DNA of 64,000 bases from the NCBI GenBank assembly GCA_943704425.1, contig CALSCP010002236.1, positions 14,328-78,327 of the forward strand. The letters are read 5' to 3'. A model generated the notes under the pieces. The model was not told the DNA's origin. It saw nothing but the letters and a program-made list of their open reading frames with translations, and searched no databases. Positions 25,551 through 38,500 of the stretch are shown in pieces; position 1 is the stretch's first letter, and each line of letters begins with the position of its first letter. Both the position numbers and the translations under genes were made by a program. This stretch comes from Ministeria vibrans ATCC 50519. Taxonomy: Eukaryota; Protista; Filasterea.

Positions 25551-25623
25551 TTTTCTCTGCCTCTTGTGTATGTGTGTGCTAGGTGCTGACTTTTGTGATT
25601 GCTGACTTTTGTGATCTCTGTAG

Positions 25624-26243
25624 GCGCTGGACTCCAAGGCAGTGCCAAAGCTGCTTGATTTGCTGTCCCGCCCTGCATTTCCGGGTGTGGAGAACATTTC
25701 GGGAGTCAAGGTAGAAGAGCAATGCCACACACACGCATACCTAACTCATCTCTCCTGTGTTACAGGCGCATATTGTGCAAGCGATCAAAGCAATGACAAA
25801 CGACCTTGAATACGGAGCAGAGGTAGGAGGACAGCAATCACTCAATCGCTCAAAACTCACATATATATTATATAAATACGGCTTTGTCTTGTTCTCTGTC
25901 TATCTGTTTTCATAATAATTGTTATGTTTTTTTTCTTCTCTTTTCTCGCTTTCCCTCCGCTCAGGTGACCGCACTGCTGGAGGGCAATGCCGTGTGGGCA
26001 CAGTACAAGGACCAGAAGCACGATCTCTTTATCACCAAGACCTCCATTGCCGGCTATCTCACTGGTCCCACCAGTGGCCCTGTTGTACGTCACACACGCA
26101 CACTAGATTTGTGTATTGTTGACACTCTGCACTATTGTCGTTTTTTTTAGGGTTATCTCACTGCGGGTCCTTCGTCAACACTGTCGAGCAAGCCAGCTGC
26201 GTCGCAGAACGAGCCACCGCCAATTGAGAAGGATGATGAATGA
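25624..26243 (+). CDS. DNAJC13: C-terminal four exons of RME-8/DNAJC13
   Basis: Exons 25624-25710, 25766-25822, 25965-26084 and 26151-26243 are all phase 0. They give ALDSKAVPKLLDLL..|AHIVQAIKAMTNDLEYGAE|VTALLEGNAVWAQYKDQKHDLFITKTSIAGYLTGPTSGPV|GYLTAGP..PPPIEKDDE*, matching the conserved RME-8 end (W..[FY]KDQKHDLFI...AGYLTGP..GYLTAG). Confidence 0.92.
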
Positions 26244-26445
26244 TTCGGGAGCGTGTGTGCGTGAAAGAGAGAGAAAGAGAGATTACAAGCAAAAATATTC
26301 AAAATTCAAATCAATTTTTCTTCTATTATTATTCGTTCCGTTGGTCGCCGACTCACCCGCAGTGTGAATTCTCACACTTTCTGTGTTCTCACACTCCTCA
26401 TTTTTGGCATCGATCGATCGTAGCTTGGATTCTTCAGTCGTGGCA

Positions 26446-29325
26446 ATGGCACTACTTCTGAGTGACATTGATGTCCTTGAGCGACGAATGTACGACTCCC
26501 TCGCCCACCCAGCTCATTTCACCCGATGCTGGTCTCCTCTTAGAGATGCGTTGAAGGCGACGAGCACGCCAGAGAGGATTGAGTATGGCCACATGACTGT
26601 CCGTCACTCACTGTCAAAACAATCTCAAAAATATTCAAAATGTTCAAAACAAAAACCCAACACATCAACACCTGTAGAACGTGCGAGCGGGAGATTGCCA
26701 GACTCGAAACCGAAACGGAGGGTGTCAGCGACGATGCTGATCAGGTATTGGGGACTGTACATGTCGATTCGTCCGTCTGTAACCTCTTTCTGTACTTAGG
26801 TGTTGTGCGAAGAGCGTCTTCGCGAACTTCGCGTCAAACTCAACGAAATGCGAACACCCACAGTGCCGATTATAAGTGAGGAAGGCGATGAAGACAGCGT
26901 GGAGCAGCAGTACTTGCAACAGTTCAACGACGACGACGACGATGTCGATCTCGAGGGCGACGATTCGCTAACCATTTCCACGTCCACTGTGTCGCAGCAG
27001 GAGCCAGCTAGTGCAGACGAGCCGGTGCCTATTCATACTAATATTGTGGCCGAGCATGCTCATCGTGGTGAGAGACATAGCCATGACATCCAAGCCAACG
27101 GGATTGGTGATGAGGTGGCTGCGGATGAGGTCGAAGAGGCAGACGGGGTTGACGAAAGGGAGGAGCCGTCGCTGGGCGACGAGTCGGTGTACACGGTGGA
27201 AGGCAACGATGAAGGCATTCCCTACATTGCGGTGGCTTTGTACGCGTACGAGGCGCAGGATGAAGAGGAGCTCTCCTTCCAGCCCGGTGATCGTTTCTAC
27301 ATCATTGACAAGAGTTCCGACTGGTGGTGTTGCAAGCGAGTCGATGGCAATGGAAACGAAGGCTTTTGTCCCTCCAACTTTCTCGAGGTATAATTATATC
27401 ACAGTATACACGAATAATAATAATAATAACAGTAACAATAATAATAATAATAATAACAATAACAGTAACAATAATAATAATAATTATAATAATAATAATA
27501 ATTTTATTATAATAATTATTATTATTAATATGAGACTGATCAAAAAAAAAACCGATTATTCTGTTATGGCTCGATATCGAGTGGTTATCTGGGCCTGATA
27601 GCCCGTTTTTTCCACTTTCTTTTGCACCGTTGATCACCCAATTTGGTGCACAACTTCCACTTCTCGCTTGCGTTCCAAAATCCCCTCTTTGTGACAAACA
27701 ATAGCAAATCACAAGTTTCAAAACGTTTTTACTCGATATCGAGTTTTTGAAAAAAATCGGGGTTTTTTTTGATCATATTTTGATAATAATAATAATAATA
27801 ATTATTATTATTATATTTTTTTTTGTAGCTGCAATTGGACGACTCGCACGGAGATGTAAACGTGGACGTAAGCACACACAGAGCATCGGACGAGGGATCG
27901 CTCGATCGCGAGCACACGCAATCACACGCTATGGGCGCACCCATGCATGGCGGCGCTAGTAGGACTAGTAGGGCACATGGTAGTTCACACGCCACGTCCA
28001 ATGAAGACTACCTCAAGAGCTTTGCAGGCCTCCCATCCGGCTTCCGCGAGACCTCTCTGCTTGTCTCAGTTGCAGGGCCATCCGCAAGCATCCGCCCGTC
28101 CTTGAGCGAGCTGCACTCGCGCCCGAGTGCACTCGCGCTCGATTTTACCAGTGCCCACTCGACTGGCTCCGGGACGCCTCGACTGCGTGCGTCCACGCCA
28201 CGCACCGACCGCCTTGTCACTGTTATGGACGCGCGCAACATGCCACAGCTGAACACTGCGTCGACCAACGTCAACGTGTCGCTGCACATTGGGCTCTGTC
28301 GTGTCGTCGTGTGCGACCGCGACCAGGGCACATTTGGCTCCAATACCCTTACAGTGAGTGCAGCCGACGTTTGCGATGGACCTCGCTGGTCGTTTGTGCG
28401 CAAGAGCAAGAGCCGTCCAAGTCACGAGCCACGCGATCGATCCTTTATTGTCCGATCGGACGGCGACCCCGACCGACTCAGTCTGGTGTTTGAGCTGGCT
28501 CTCTCGTACACAGGCTCCGTGCGTGGGCAGGTCACGTGCGGCTGGGCCATGCTGCGGTTGTCTGAGGCGGCGCTCAATCGCACCCACGCACTTGATATTC
28601 ACGGTGGACTGCCCTTTGACGACGCGGGCATTCCCATCGACGCTGGTGCCCGTGCGCGCTCCGCCGACCGACACGCCTCGTCCAAGGCAGCGCGGCTTTA
28701 CGTGAAGACCTCCGCTGTCCCTCGCTCATCTCGCACTGACCTCGCTCTCATGCCCTCGCCCGCTCTTCTTCCCCTCCACGCAGTGCCCGTCGTTGCAGCG
28801 TATCGCGAGGCAGCCCTCGACGCGCTTATTCCAACTAACAACTCACGCTCTCCCTCAGCTGCCACCTCTGGCGGCGCTGGCACTCATGGCCATCATGGCC
28901 ATTCTGGGGGTAGTGGTGGTACAGCTCTTAGCTTGCACCTCGACTCGTCCTTCGCACCTTCTTCGAACATTCTTCTTGCAGCCCTTCCTGTGCTTGCCGA
29001 TGACCCTGAGCTTTTTGGGGCTCTGTCGGCATTGTGGTCCGAGCGAGGGCGACTCTTTAAGCGCAGCGACAAGAAGCCCCGCGAAACGCGCACCGAGCAT
29101 CTCACGCGTGTTGTCGTTGACTTCCTTTGGCCACTCGTGCACTGTCCGGTCATTGCTCAGAGTCCCACCGACCCTCGCACACTCATGGAGGAGCACAAAC
29201 GTCACGATCTCATCCGCGACTTTGTGTCTAAGGGCTCACCAAAGGGACTCGCTCTGCCCACGGGCGCCTTTGCCAGCGAGCCTTTTGATGTTGCCGAGAC
29301 TCTTTTTGACGTCACTCTCATGTGA
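26446..29325 (+). CDS. NPHP1: Nephrocystin-1 (ciliary transition zone protein)
   Basis: N-terminal coiled-coil exons with consistent phases, an acidic tract and an SH3 domain (ALYAYEAQDEEELSF..DWW..GFCPSNFLE). The NPHP1 homology region follows (LPSGFRETSL, FIVRS..LVFELALSY..GQVTCGW..L.IHGGLPF, C-terminal EPFDVAETLFD). Confidence 0.88.
27413..27530. repeat. (AAT)n/(ATT)n microsatellite in an NPHP1 intron
   Basis: Read directly from the sequence; a second run lies near 27783-27812. Confidence 0.9.
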
Positions 29326-29577
29326 ATTTCAAACGCCAAACTAAATAATTACTCATACTAGTTTATTTTATTCTTAATCAATTTATTATTATTAAAGCGA
29401 AAAAGAAAATTAATAATAATCCTTATTAAAATATTATTAATATTTTATTTTTATAGTGTACTCTCCTCCAGCTCTCTCTCACCACTCACAAACGTACTTC
29501 TCTCTCTCTCTCTATCACTTTGACTCTTTCTCCCTCCTCCCTCTCTCTCTCTCTCAATGATAGTTCTTTCACGATCC

Positions 29578-32500
29578 TTAGAGGTAGTCATCATCATAGT
29601 CATCATGATGATCCTCAAACCGGAAAATGTCGTTTGAGGGTGCCGTCTTCAGGATGGGCTTAGGAGGCGCCTTGGCACTGCTTGCGGTCGAGCGCGGGGC
29701 ACCTTCATTGGCCACCTTGGGACCTTCGTCAAAGGTGACACGCGAGCTTCGACGCTCCATCGGTGTGGTCGTGCTCTCGTATGTGTCGACAAATCCAGCA
29801 GGTCCTGCGTAGGCCATAGGGTCACCGTCTTGTGCTGCCATGGCGCTAAAGTCAAGACCTCGACGGGTGTCGGTGGTGTCCATTGGATCGAGCGGATCGA
29901 GGTCCACCAGGTCGCTCTCAGGCTCAAAATGGAAGGCCGACGAGGTCCCGGCCGCCGCCACTGGCATGTTCACATTGGCCTGTGTGTAGCTGTCGCGGAT
30001 CGACGAAGTTGTCGAGGAGGGGCGAGCGCCTCGGCTGACGGGCACGTCGGGGTACGATGAGAGTGGCGCGCGCGCGTTGTAGGCACCCATCGAAGTGTCG
30101 TCCATCGCCGGAACCATGTGTGAGTTTTGGCTGTTGCTGCGGCCCACAGGTGCTCCAAAGCTCGCAATCTCAGAGTCACGGTACGACGATCTCGACGCTA
30201 GCTGCTCCTGCGGCGACCCTGGCTGCTGCTGTTGCTTCTTCTTCTTCTTCTTCTTCTCCATGGGGTCTTCACGAGTGCCATAACCCATGTTTTCGATGCT
30301 GTCATAGTCGTGTTCAACAGGCGCGGCTGGCAGCACGCCAGGCGTAGGACCCAGGTCCTGACGGCTGTCCTCGTCGACGTAGGCAAACGACGATGCCACC
30401 TGGTTGCCCACGAGCAGGTCGCGGGTCACCACCACAGCACCATCCTCAGCGGCAGCACGCACCTCCTGGCGTCGATTTGCCACGTAGTTCAAAGGCTCGC
30501 CAAAGCGCTCGTAGGCATCGTCCTCGAGCGCGCCAAACATGGCACGACGTCGCTTCTCTTGCTCGGCCGCCTCGCGCTCCGCCTTGAGCTGATTCTCGCG
30601 CTGCTTCTGTCGTTCCTTCTCAAGCTCCGCCTGACGGAGACGCTCTTGCTCTGCAATAAACGTGAGGTGTGCCGCTCGCTCGGCGGCCTCCTGCTCTTCG
30701 CGTTGGCGGCGCTTCGCCTCCATCTCTGCACGTTTTTGGCGCTCCGCATCGGCACGTCGCTGCTCCTCCGCCCGGCGACGGTTCTTCTCCTCCTCCTCTT
30801 CGCGTGCGGCGTTCTTAGTCTCAATGGGCATGCCGTACACATCTACGCCGTCAATGGGGTTTCCGTAGATGTCGACGTTGCCCGCTGGCGCCGTCATTTC
30901 CGTCGAGCCGCGCCACGACGAATGACGGTCGCGCAAGTCTTGCAAGTGACGATCCTGTTCCGAGTCAAACACCTTGCTTTGAACTTGAGCCGCCTTGCGC
31001 TCGGCCTCGAGCAGCATGCGCTCACGCTCAATGGCCGCAGCCATCTCGCGCTCGCGCCCCGCCGACGCCGCCGCTCGTTCGCGAGAAATGCGTTCACGTT
31101 CGCCCGTAAGTGCCGCCAGCTCCTCCTCTTGCCGTCGCAGTGCGGTCTCCGCGTCGCGGTGATGGCGCAGCTCGTCGTCCTTCTCGGCGGCTGCGCTCTT
31201 CACCAGCGGATTGCTCGCCAGCTCCATCATGTTCTGTTCCATCACGTACGGCTGGTAGATGCTGTTCTTGCGATCGCGCTGGCGTCGCCTGTCGCGACAG
31301 CAGCAGCACCAGCAAATAAGAATCAGCAGCAGAAGCAGCAGTGCGAGACACACCGCGAGCACAATCCACTTCCAGCTGTCGCTCGAGCTTGACATCTGTC
31401 CTCCTGAGCCACCGTCGCCGCCGCCCGACGACGGGCTCACTGTCAGTGGGAAGGTACCGCTGTTGCTACCGCCCTGGTTGCTCACCGAGAAGGCCACCGT
31501 AAAAGGTGCGGTGCCAGTGGACGAGCCGGTGGCACGTCGGCGCGACGTAGCACTGATCTCCTGCAATGGCTCCAGCCAAATGAGCGTGCCGTTGCTCGGA
31601 TCCATCACCATGCCAAGCGGACCCGACGTGAGTGTCCACACGTTGGTGCCGCCCACGCCTGAGCCCGCCTCAAGCTCAATCTTTAGGTAGTAGGGCGTGC
31701 CTTCTTCGGCCGCCGTCACATTGGGCAACGCATACGACGATGTGTCCACAACGGGTGCCGACACGCTGAGTAGAAGGAAGGAGCCGGTGCTGCAGGAGAC
31801 GGCATTGCACACTTGCGCCGTGACGTTGTACAAGGTGACACTCGCAACGGGGCTTGGCCAGAGCACGTCGCCCGTTCCCGGATTCACGGACATGCCCGTC
31901 GGCGATTTGGTCAGTGTCCACACGAAGGGCCCTGTGCCCGACGGGGTCGCCAATGCCACAGTGTACGGCGTGCCGTGAATGGCAGTTGCCGAAGTGGGCA
32001 GCGACGCCGGATTGAGCACCGCAATTTCATTGACAATGGCCGTGAAGGTGACGGACGACGTTGCAATTTCGTTGGTGGCACTCACCACAATGGAGTAGGG
32101 GGTCGTGCTTGCCACCGTGTTAGGCCACACAATGGCACCCGTCGCATTAATGGTCATACCGCTTGGTCCGGTCACCTGCCACACAATGGTGCCCGTACCC
32201 GAGGTGAGCGTTGGCTGCGTGCGGAACGTAGAGCTAGCCTCAATGGCGACGCTGGAAAGCGAACTCGCCAGAATTGCAGGTTTGTCAAAGATGTGCAGGG
32301 TTACGGTGGCCGTGTCTGAGCTAATGGCATTGGTGACTCTCACTTCCACCGTGTAGGGTGTGTTGCTGGCGACGGGCGACGCCCACGACACCTCGCCGCT
32401 CAGCGAGTTGATGGTCATGAGAGCAGGCGCCGTGACAAGCGACCAGGTGGGTGTTGAGGCAGCACCACTTGAGAGCGCCGGGCTCAACGTAAACAGTGTG

Positions 32501-35500
32501 TCGCTGGCGTGCTGCACCGTTGCCGTCGGCAACAACGCATCGTTGATGGTGACCACATCAAAGACGTAAACTAAGAATGTGATCACGTCGCGTCCCACCG
32601 AGTTGCTCACCTCGATCACAATTTGGTGAGGCGAACCCACCTTGTCGGCGGTTGCCCACGACACAAGACCCGATTGGCTCAGCGCAAATGACGGCGGCGC
32701 TTCAAGAAGAGTCCACGTAAGCGGCGGCGCACCGGCCAGCAGCGTAAACTGGTGCACCAACGAGGCGCCAGTGACCCGGTCAAAGCGTGCCTGGACCGAC
32801 GCGGGATTCACCACGGGCTTGGCGAGCACCGCAAGCGAGATGGTCGTCGAACACACATTTCCGTACGCATTTGTGGCGCACACCTCAAAGGAAAATGGCG
32901 AGTTGGTCGTGTCCGTCGCAACATACGAGATGACACCCGTTGCCGAGTCGATGGTCATGTTGCCCGGAGGCGCACCCTGCAGGGTGTACACAATAGGCAG
33001 CGTGCCAGAAGCAAGTGCCACCGAAAGGGTGTACGTGGAGCCTTCGTTGACATTTTGTGTGGTCGAGGGAACACTGGAAGTGTCAAAGACAGGTGTCTCC
33101 GGCGAAAGCACCTGTGTACCGGTGAGCACGTTGCCGCAACCGTCGGTCACGGTGAATGTGCGCGTAATCGACGTGGCCACCGTGCACGCTGCATTCGCGG
33201 GCGTCGTCACGTCGTTTGTCGTGTACGTCGATGAGCCGCCGACAGCAAGACACAGTGCATCTTCGTTGGTGACAACCGGCTCGCCAGTGACGGCGGTTGC
33301 CGCCGAACAGTCTGAAAAGGAGGTGGCCGCCGGGAAGACCACGGTGGGCACGGGTACAGCGAGGTCCTCGTCAATAAGGCCGTCCATGTCGTCGTCCAAA
33401 CCGTTGAGAAGTTCCTCGTCGACGCGTCCATCGCAATCGTTGTCCACACCGTCCTGCGCAACAGTGGTCGTCGGGGAGCAGTCGGAGCCAATTGAGGCGT
33501 AGCGCGACGACGCCGGGTACCCAAAACCGTCAAAGGTCTCGAAGCCATGCAACGACACCACCATCGCAACAATCACCTCGGTGTGCGACACAGTCACAAG
33601 CTGACTCTGTGACACCGATGTCGACGAGACCGAGTAGCCACTGGTGCCAACGGCGCTCCAGGTGGCGGTCACAGCGGCGTCGTTCACGCGCACGCCTGCC
33701 GTTTTGGCCGACGGTACCACCACGTTGACAAGGCTGGAGAATGTCGAGGGGGTCGCCACCGTAATGCGGTTGCTTGCCTGCTCCACCGCAGGCACCACAA
33801 TCATCAGCGGTCCGCCGTACGTGCCACCCGCCTGCCCGGCACCCGTCGCGTATTGCACTACCTGCACCTTGTGGGTGGCGTTCACGTAGAAGGCGGTGCT
33901 GCCCGAGGCAGACAGGTGCAAAAATTCTCCCTTGTTTACCGTGAGCGTCTGCACAACAGCCGAGGTCGACTGCTGCACGTACACTGTGGTGGCGTCCATA
34001 CTTCCCACGATGCGAATAACATTGTTGTTGTTGGGTCGCGACGCGAGCGGTGACACCACATAACGTGAGCCCCAAGCATGCGTCGGCACCAATTGCTCGA
34101 CAAGGTGACCGCATTTCGACGCGGTGGTGGGCACAGCTGCACAGTCATGACCACTAATCACCACCACACGTTTGTTTGCATTGATACGCGTGCCAGTGAG
34201 GTCACCCGAACCGGCCGTGCGCACCGAAAGCGTCTGGCGCTCGCGCAACTCCACCACGTGAAAGGTACCGGCAACGACAGTCTGGCCATCAATCGTCACG
34301 TCGGCCGTGACCGTGATCGCGACCGACGTGTCGTTTTCCGTGGCCATCAGGGCAAACGAACTGGCGTACAAATTGGGGTTGGTAGCTGGCGAGCCATAGG
34401 AAGCAATAAAGTATTCGGTGCCCAGTGCGTCCAAGGGAATGGCCAACATGGATTCGGTGCTCTCGCTCTTCGCGTTGCGCACCGCCACCGACATTTCGCC
34501 GTCCGACTCGACGTAGAGGCCGTTGGAGGCAACCTCACCGAGCGAGTTGAGACGCAAGCCGTTGGGCACCGTGACACTCACTGAAGTACCCGACGGCACC
34601 GTCACCGTGTTGGTGTAGCCTTGGGCGGGCGCTGACAGCGACACGGACACACCCGAAATGAATGCGGAAAGTACCACTTGGAGGGAGCCGCTGTCACCGC
34701 CGTCGGGACGGTTCTCGAGGAATGGCACGAAAAATTTGCTGCCAACCGAGTCGCGCGCTGACGTGCCCAAAGCAATGGTGGGCGAGCCCGAAACGCTCAG
34801 CGTAATGGTGCGCTGACTCTCGCTCACACGGTTGTTGGCCGCAAAGATGATGGTGTACGGTGAACCGCTGCCGGTGGGTGCCTGCCACGTGATTTGACCG
34901 GTGGCCGAGTCAATGACCATGCCCGACGGGGCCTGTACCAGCGACCACGTGATTACGCCAGTACCGCCCGAGAGAAGCGGCGACGCACTGAACGGGAAGT
35001 TTACAAAGGTCGACGGGTTGCTCGCGACCGACGAAGGGTCGATCACGGCCGAGTCGAGCACGCGCAGTGCAAGCGAGGCGGACGTCGAACCAACGCGGTT
35101 CGACAGGGTCACATTTACTTCGTAGGCAACAGCATTCACCAAAGGATTCGACCAGGCAATGGTGCCCGTGTCACTGCCAATACTGAGACCTGGCGCGTTG
35201 GACGAGACGCTCCACGTGAGTGGTGCCGTGCCAATCGTCACGGCCAGCGTCTTGCTCATGGCAACGCCGCTTGCCTGGTAGAGCAGACCGGAGGTGCCAA
35301 AGGACTCGACATTAAGGACAGGAATGTCCTCGACAATGACACTAAACGTGGCAGTGGTCGACGAGACGTCGTTTTCCGCGCGCAAAACCACCGTAAACGG
35401 CGAACCACTGCTCGTGGGACTCTGCCAGGCAATCACCCCCGAGACGGAATCCACCGACATGGTTCCAGGAGACTGTGTTAGCGACCAGGCGACGGGGGTT

Positions 35501-38500
35501 GCGCCAGAACTCACAGCGGCGGAAATGGAGAGCGCCTGACCGACGGCGACGACCACGCTAGGCTGCGGGAGCGACGCGCCATCGATCACTACCACTTCGC
35601 GCACAAGCAACGAAAAGGAATAGTGATCGTTGCCGACCGCATTGCTCACGCTCACCGACACGTTGTAGGCGACTGCATTGACGACGGGCGACGGCCACAG
35701 CAAGTCGCCCGTGCTCGGGTTCACCGTCATGCCGGACGGTGCCAGAGTGGTGTCAAGGGAAAAGGTGCGCGGGAGCGAGCCCGCCGAAAGGGGCACGCGG
35801 TACACGAAAAACTCGCCGCCGGCGGTGCGGCGTTCGCTGCCAATGGTAGTCGTGTCGAAAACTGGCAGTTCCGCGACGGTCAATGAGAAGGTGTGCGTGC
35901 TTGCGCCGGCTCCGTTTGTCGCCACAATCGAGACGCTGTGAGGCGAGCCGACTTCGACGGGCGACGCCCAGCTCACGACGCCCGTTGACGAGTCAATAGT
36001 CATGCCTGTGGGACCCGACAGAGTCCACACAATGGGCAGCGAACCAGACGAGAGAGACGGTGTCACGCCAAACGCCTCGCCAGCAATGGTGGCGGTGCTC
36101 GTCGGCGGCACGCTGCTCAAATCAATCACGGGAATAGCACGGACAGTGAGCACCAACGTGAGTTCGCTTACGTGCGCACTGTTCGAAGCGCGCACGAGAA
36201 TGTTGTAGGGTGATGCGCTCGGGTCTGCCGAGGACCAGGCCATGGCACCAGTGGACGCGTCGATGGTCATGCCAGAAGGCACCGATCCGCCCAGAGACCA
36301 ACCAATGGGCAGTGTACCTTGCTGCAGCGTGGGCGCTAAAGAAAAGCTGGTGCCCTCGTTGACGAGCGTCGTGCCGGGCACGGAACTGGGCAAAATCATG
36401 GGAGGCAAGGTGAGGAGAAATTGCGTGTGATGCAAAATGGCACCACAGCCGTCGACGACGGTGTAGAGACGCTCGATGTAGGGGATGGCGGGACAACCAA
36501 AGGCACTGGGAGGAGTCGTGTCCACAAAGGTCACGGTCGGCTCGCTGCCGTACAAAAGACACAGGTCGCTGACGGCCACCACGGCGAGTGTGCCGGTGAG
36601 CTCGGGGCGCACATCCGAGCAGGTAGTGAGCGTAAAGTTGGCCGGGCCGCTAATGACGGGTGCCGGCACAATGAGATCTTCGTCGATGAGACCATCACCA
36701 TCGTCGTCGATGCCGTTGAAGAGTTCCTCGTCGATGCGTCCGTCGCAGTCGTTGTCGAGGCCGTCGCCACCTTCGCCCGTGGCCATCACGCATGTAGATG
36801 CAATGGGCGCAAGACGCGTGCCGAGAAGCGTGGCAAAAGACGTGCGTGTTCCCCAGCCGTAGACGTGTGCCATGAGCACCACATTGGCACGGATGTGCGT
36901 GACGCTCACCGTGGTGCTGCTGGTCGAAATAGCAATGCGTGCGGCGCTGTAGCCAGTCGAGGCAAGAGGGAACCAGGCAGAGCCGCTAACAGTAGCCCTA
37001 TTCAGACGTACGCCGTCCATGTCGTCTGTTCGTGCCACAATGTTGACGTATTGCGACGTGCCCAGCACAGTGGGGTAGGTGGACAAAGCGGCGCGCGAGG
37101 GCCACAACGACACGGGCGGCACAATGGCCATGGAGGGCGACCCAAAGGTCTGCAAGTCTCCGGCGCCCTGACTCTCTTGCAGCACCAACACTGGTTTGGT
37201 GGCCGACAGGCGGGCAAACGTGCTCATAGTAAGGTCCACAAAGGCTCCCGCCGCAATAGTATGCGACACGGAGGTTGCGGTGTCCAACACGCCCGTCAGC
37301 ACCGTCGCGTCTTCGGCGGCAATGATGCGCAGTACATTGTCCGTGGTGCGGCCCGTCATGGCCACCGCCACAAACTCGGTGCCCCAGGTCGACATTGGAG
37401 GCAACTGTTCTGCAAGAATGCCACAGCCTGTGGTGCTCGGTAAGACATTGGCACAGGTGTGCCCGGCCACAACCGAAGCGGCGCCCGTCGAGCGAATAAT
37501 AAGTCCCGTCGTGTCCGTCGCCTCACTGCCAATGCCCGCCAACACATCGCCGCTATCCAGCTGAAAGATGGTCTCGGTTGTGACGGTCTGACCGGCGATC
37601 AGCAGCGTCTGGCCTGCCTTGGGTGCAATCGCCACACTGGCACCGTCCACCGCCGACATGACCGTAAAGAAACTACGGCCGCCCGAGGACGATTCAGAGC
37701 CCTGCGTGGCGCCCACAAGCATATACTCGAATCCGAGCGCGTCCGTTGGCAACACAACGTAAGCGTCGCCAAAGCGAGTTGTGTCGTCGTAGACAGCAAC
37801 TTGCACTGCCTCGTCGCTGGTCACGTACGCACCGTTGGGTCCAATGGCGGCACCCGACGTCACCACAAAGTCAATGGCAATGCGCAGCGTTGTGCCATTT
37901 GCAACGTACGTATTGGTCTCGAGCATCACGCCAGATGAAAGCTGTTGGACGCTGACGCGAGCGTTTCCGTTGGCAGCACTCACGGCAATGATACTGGTGC
38001 GCGTGCCCACAAGGCCCACCAGCGGTGGCGCGACAAAGAAGTCGGTGCCCATTGTGTCGGGTGCCGAATCGCCCAAGTTGAGCGTAGGTGTCGGGTCGAC
38101 AATGAGCTGGTAACTCACCGTGCTGGTGCCCACCTCGTTCGTGGCCTGAGCGGACACGCTAAAGGGACTCCCGGCATTGGTGGTGTCTGGCCAGGAAATG
38201 AGGCCCGTCGTGGAGTCAATTGTGAGCGACGCAGGTCCTTGGAGAATGCGCCACGACACCGTGCCGCCACCAGCCTGCAGAGACAACTGCAACGAGTGCG
38301 GGAATCCCTCAAAGATGGTCACGGACGGGGAGACGGGTGTGATTTGGGGCACGTCAATGGCCACGATGGAGAGGGTCGCCGTGTCCTCGGCAACACTGTT
38401 GGTCAGGCTCACCACGACCGAGTGGGGCGAACCAACCACCTCGACGGGCGACCAGCTGACAACACCCGTGGCAGACACGCTCATACCGATGGGACCCGAC

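Noticed and set aside
24655-26243. PX exons joined to the exons at 25624-26243 as one gene
   Set aside because: The phases are compatible, but the PX domain would be incomplete, the downstream exons are clearly RME-8, and an N gap intervenes.
31530-31550. Furin cleavage site (SRRRA) near the membrane
   Set aside because: Only three arginines and it does not fit R-x-x-R, so it cannot be supported.
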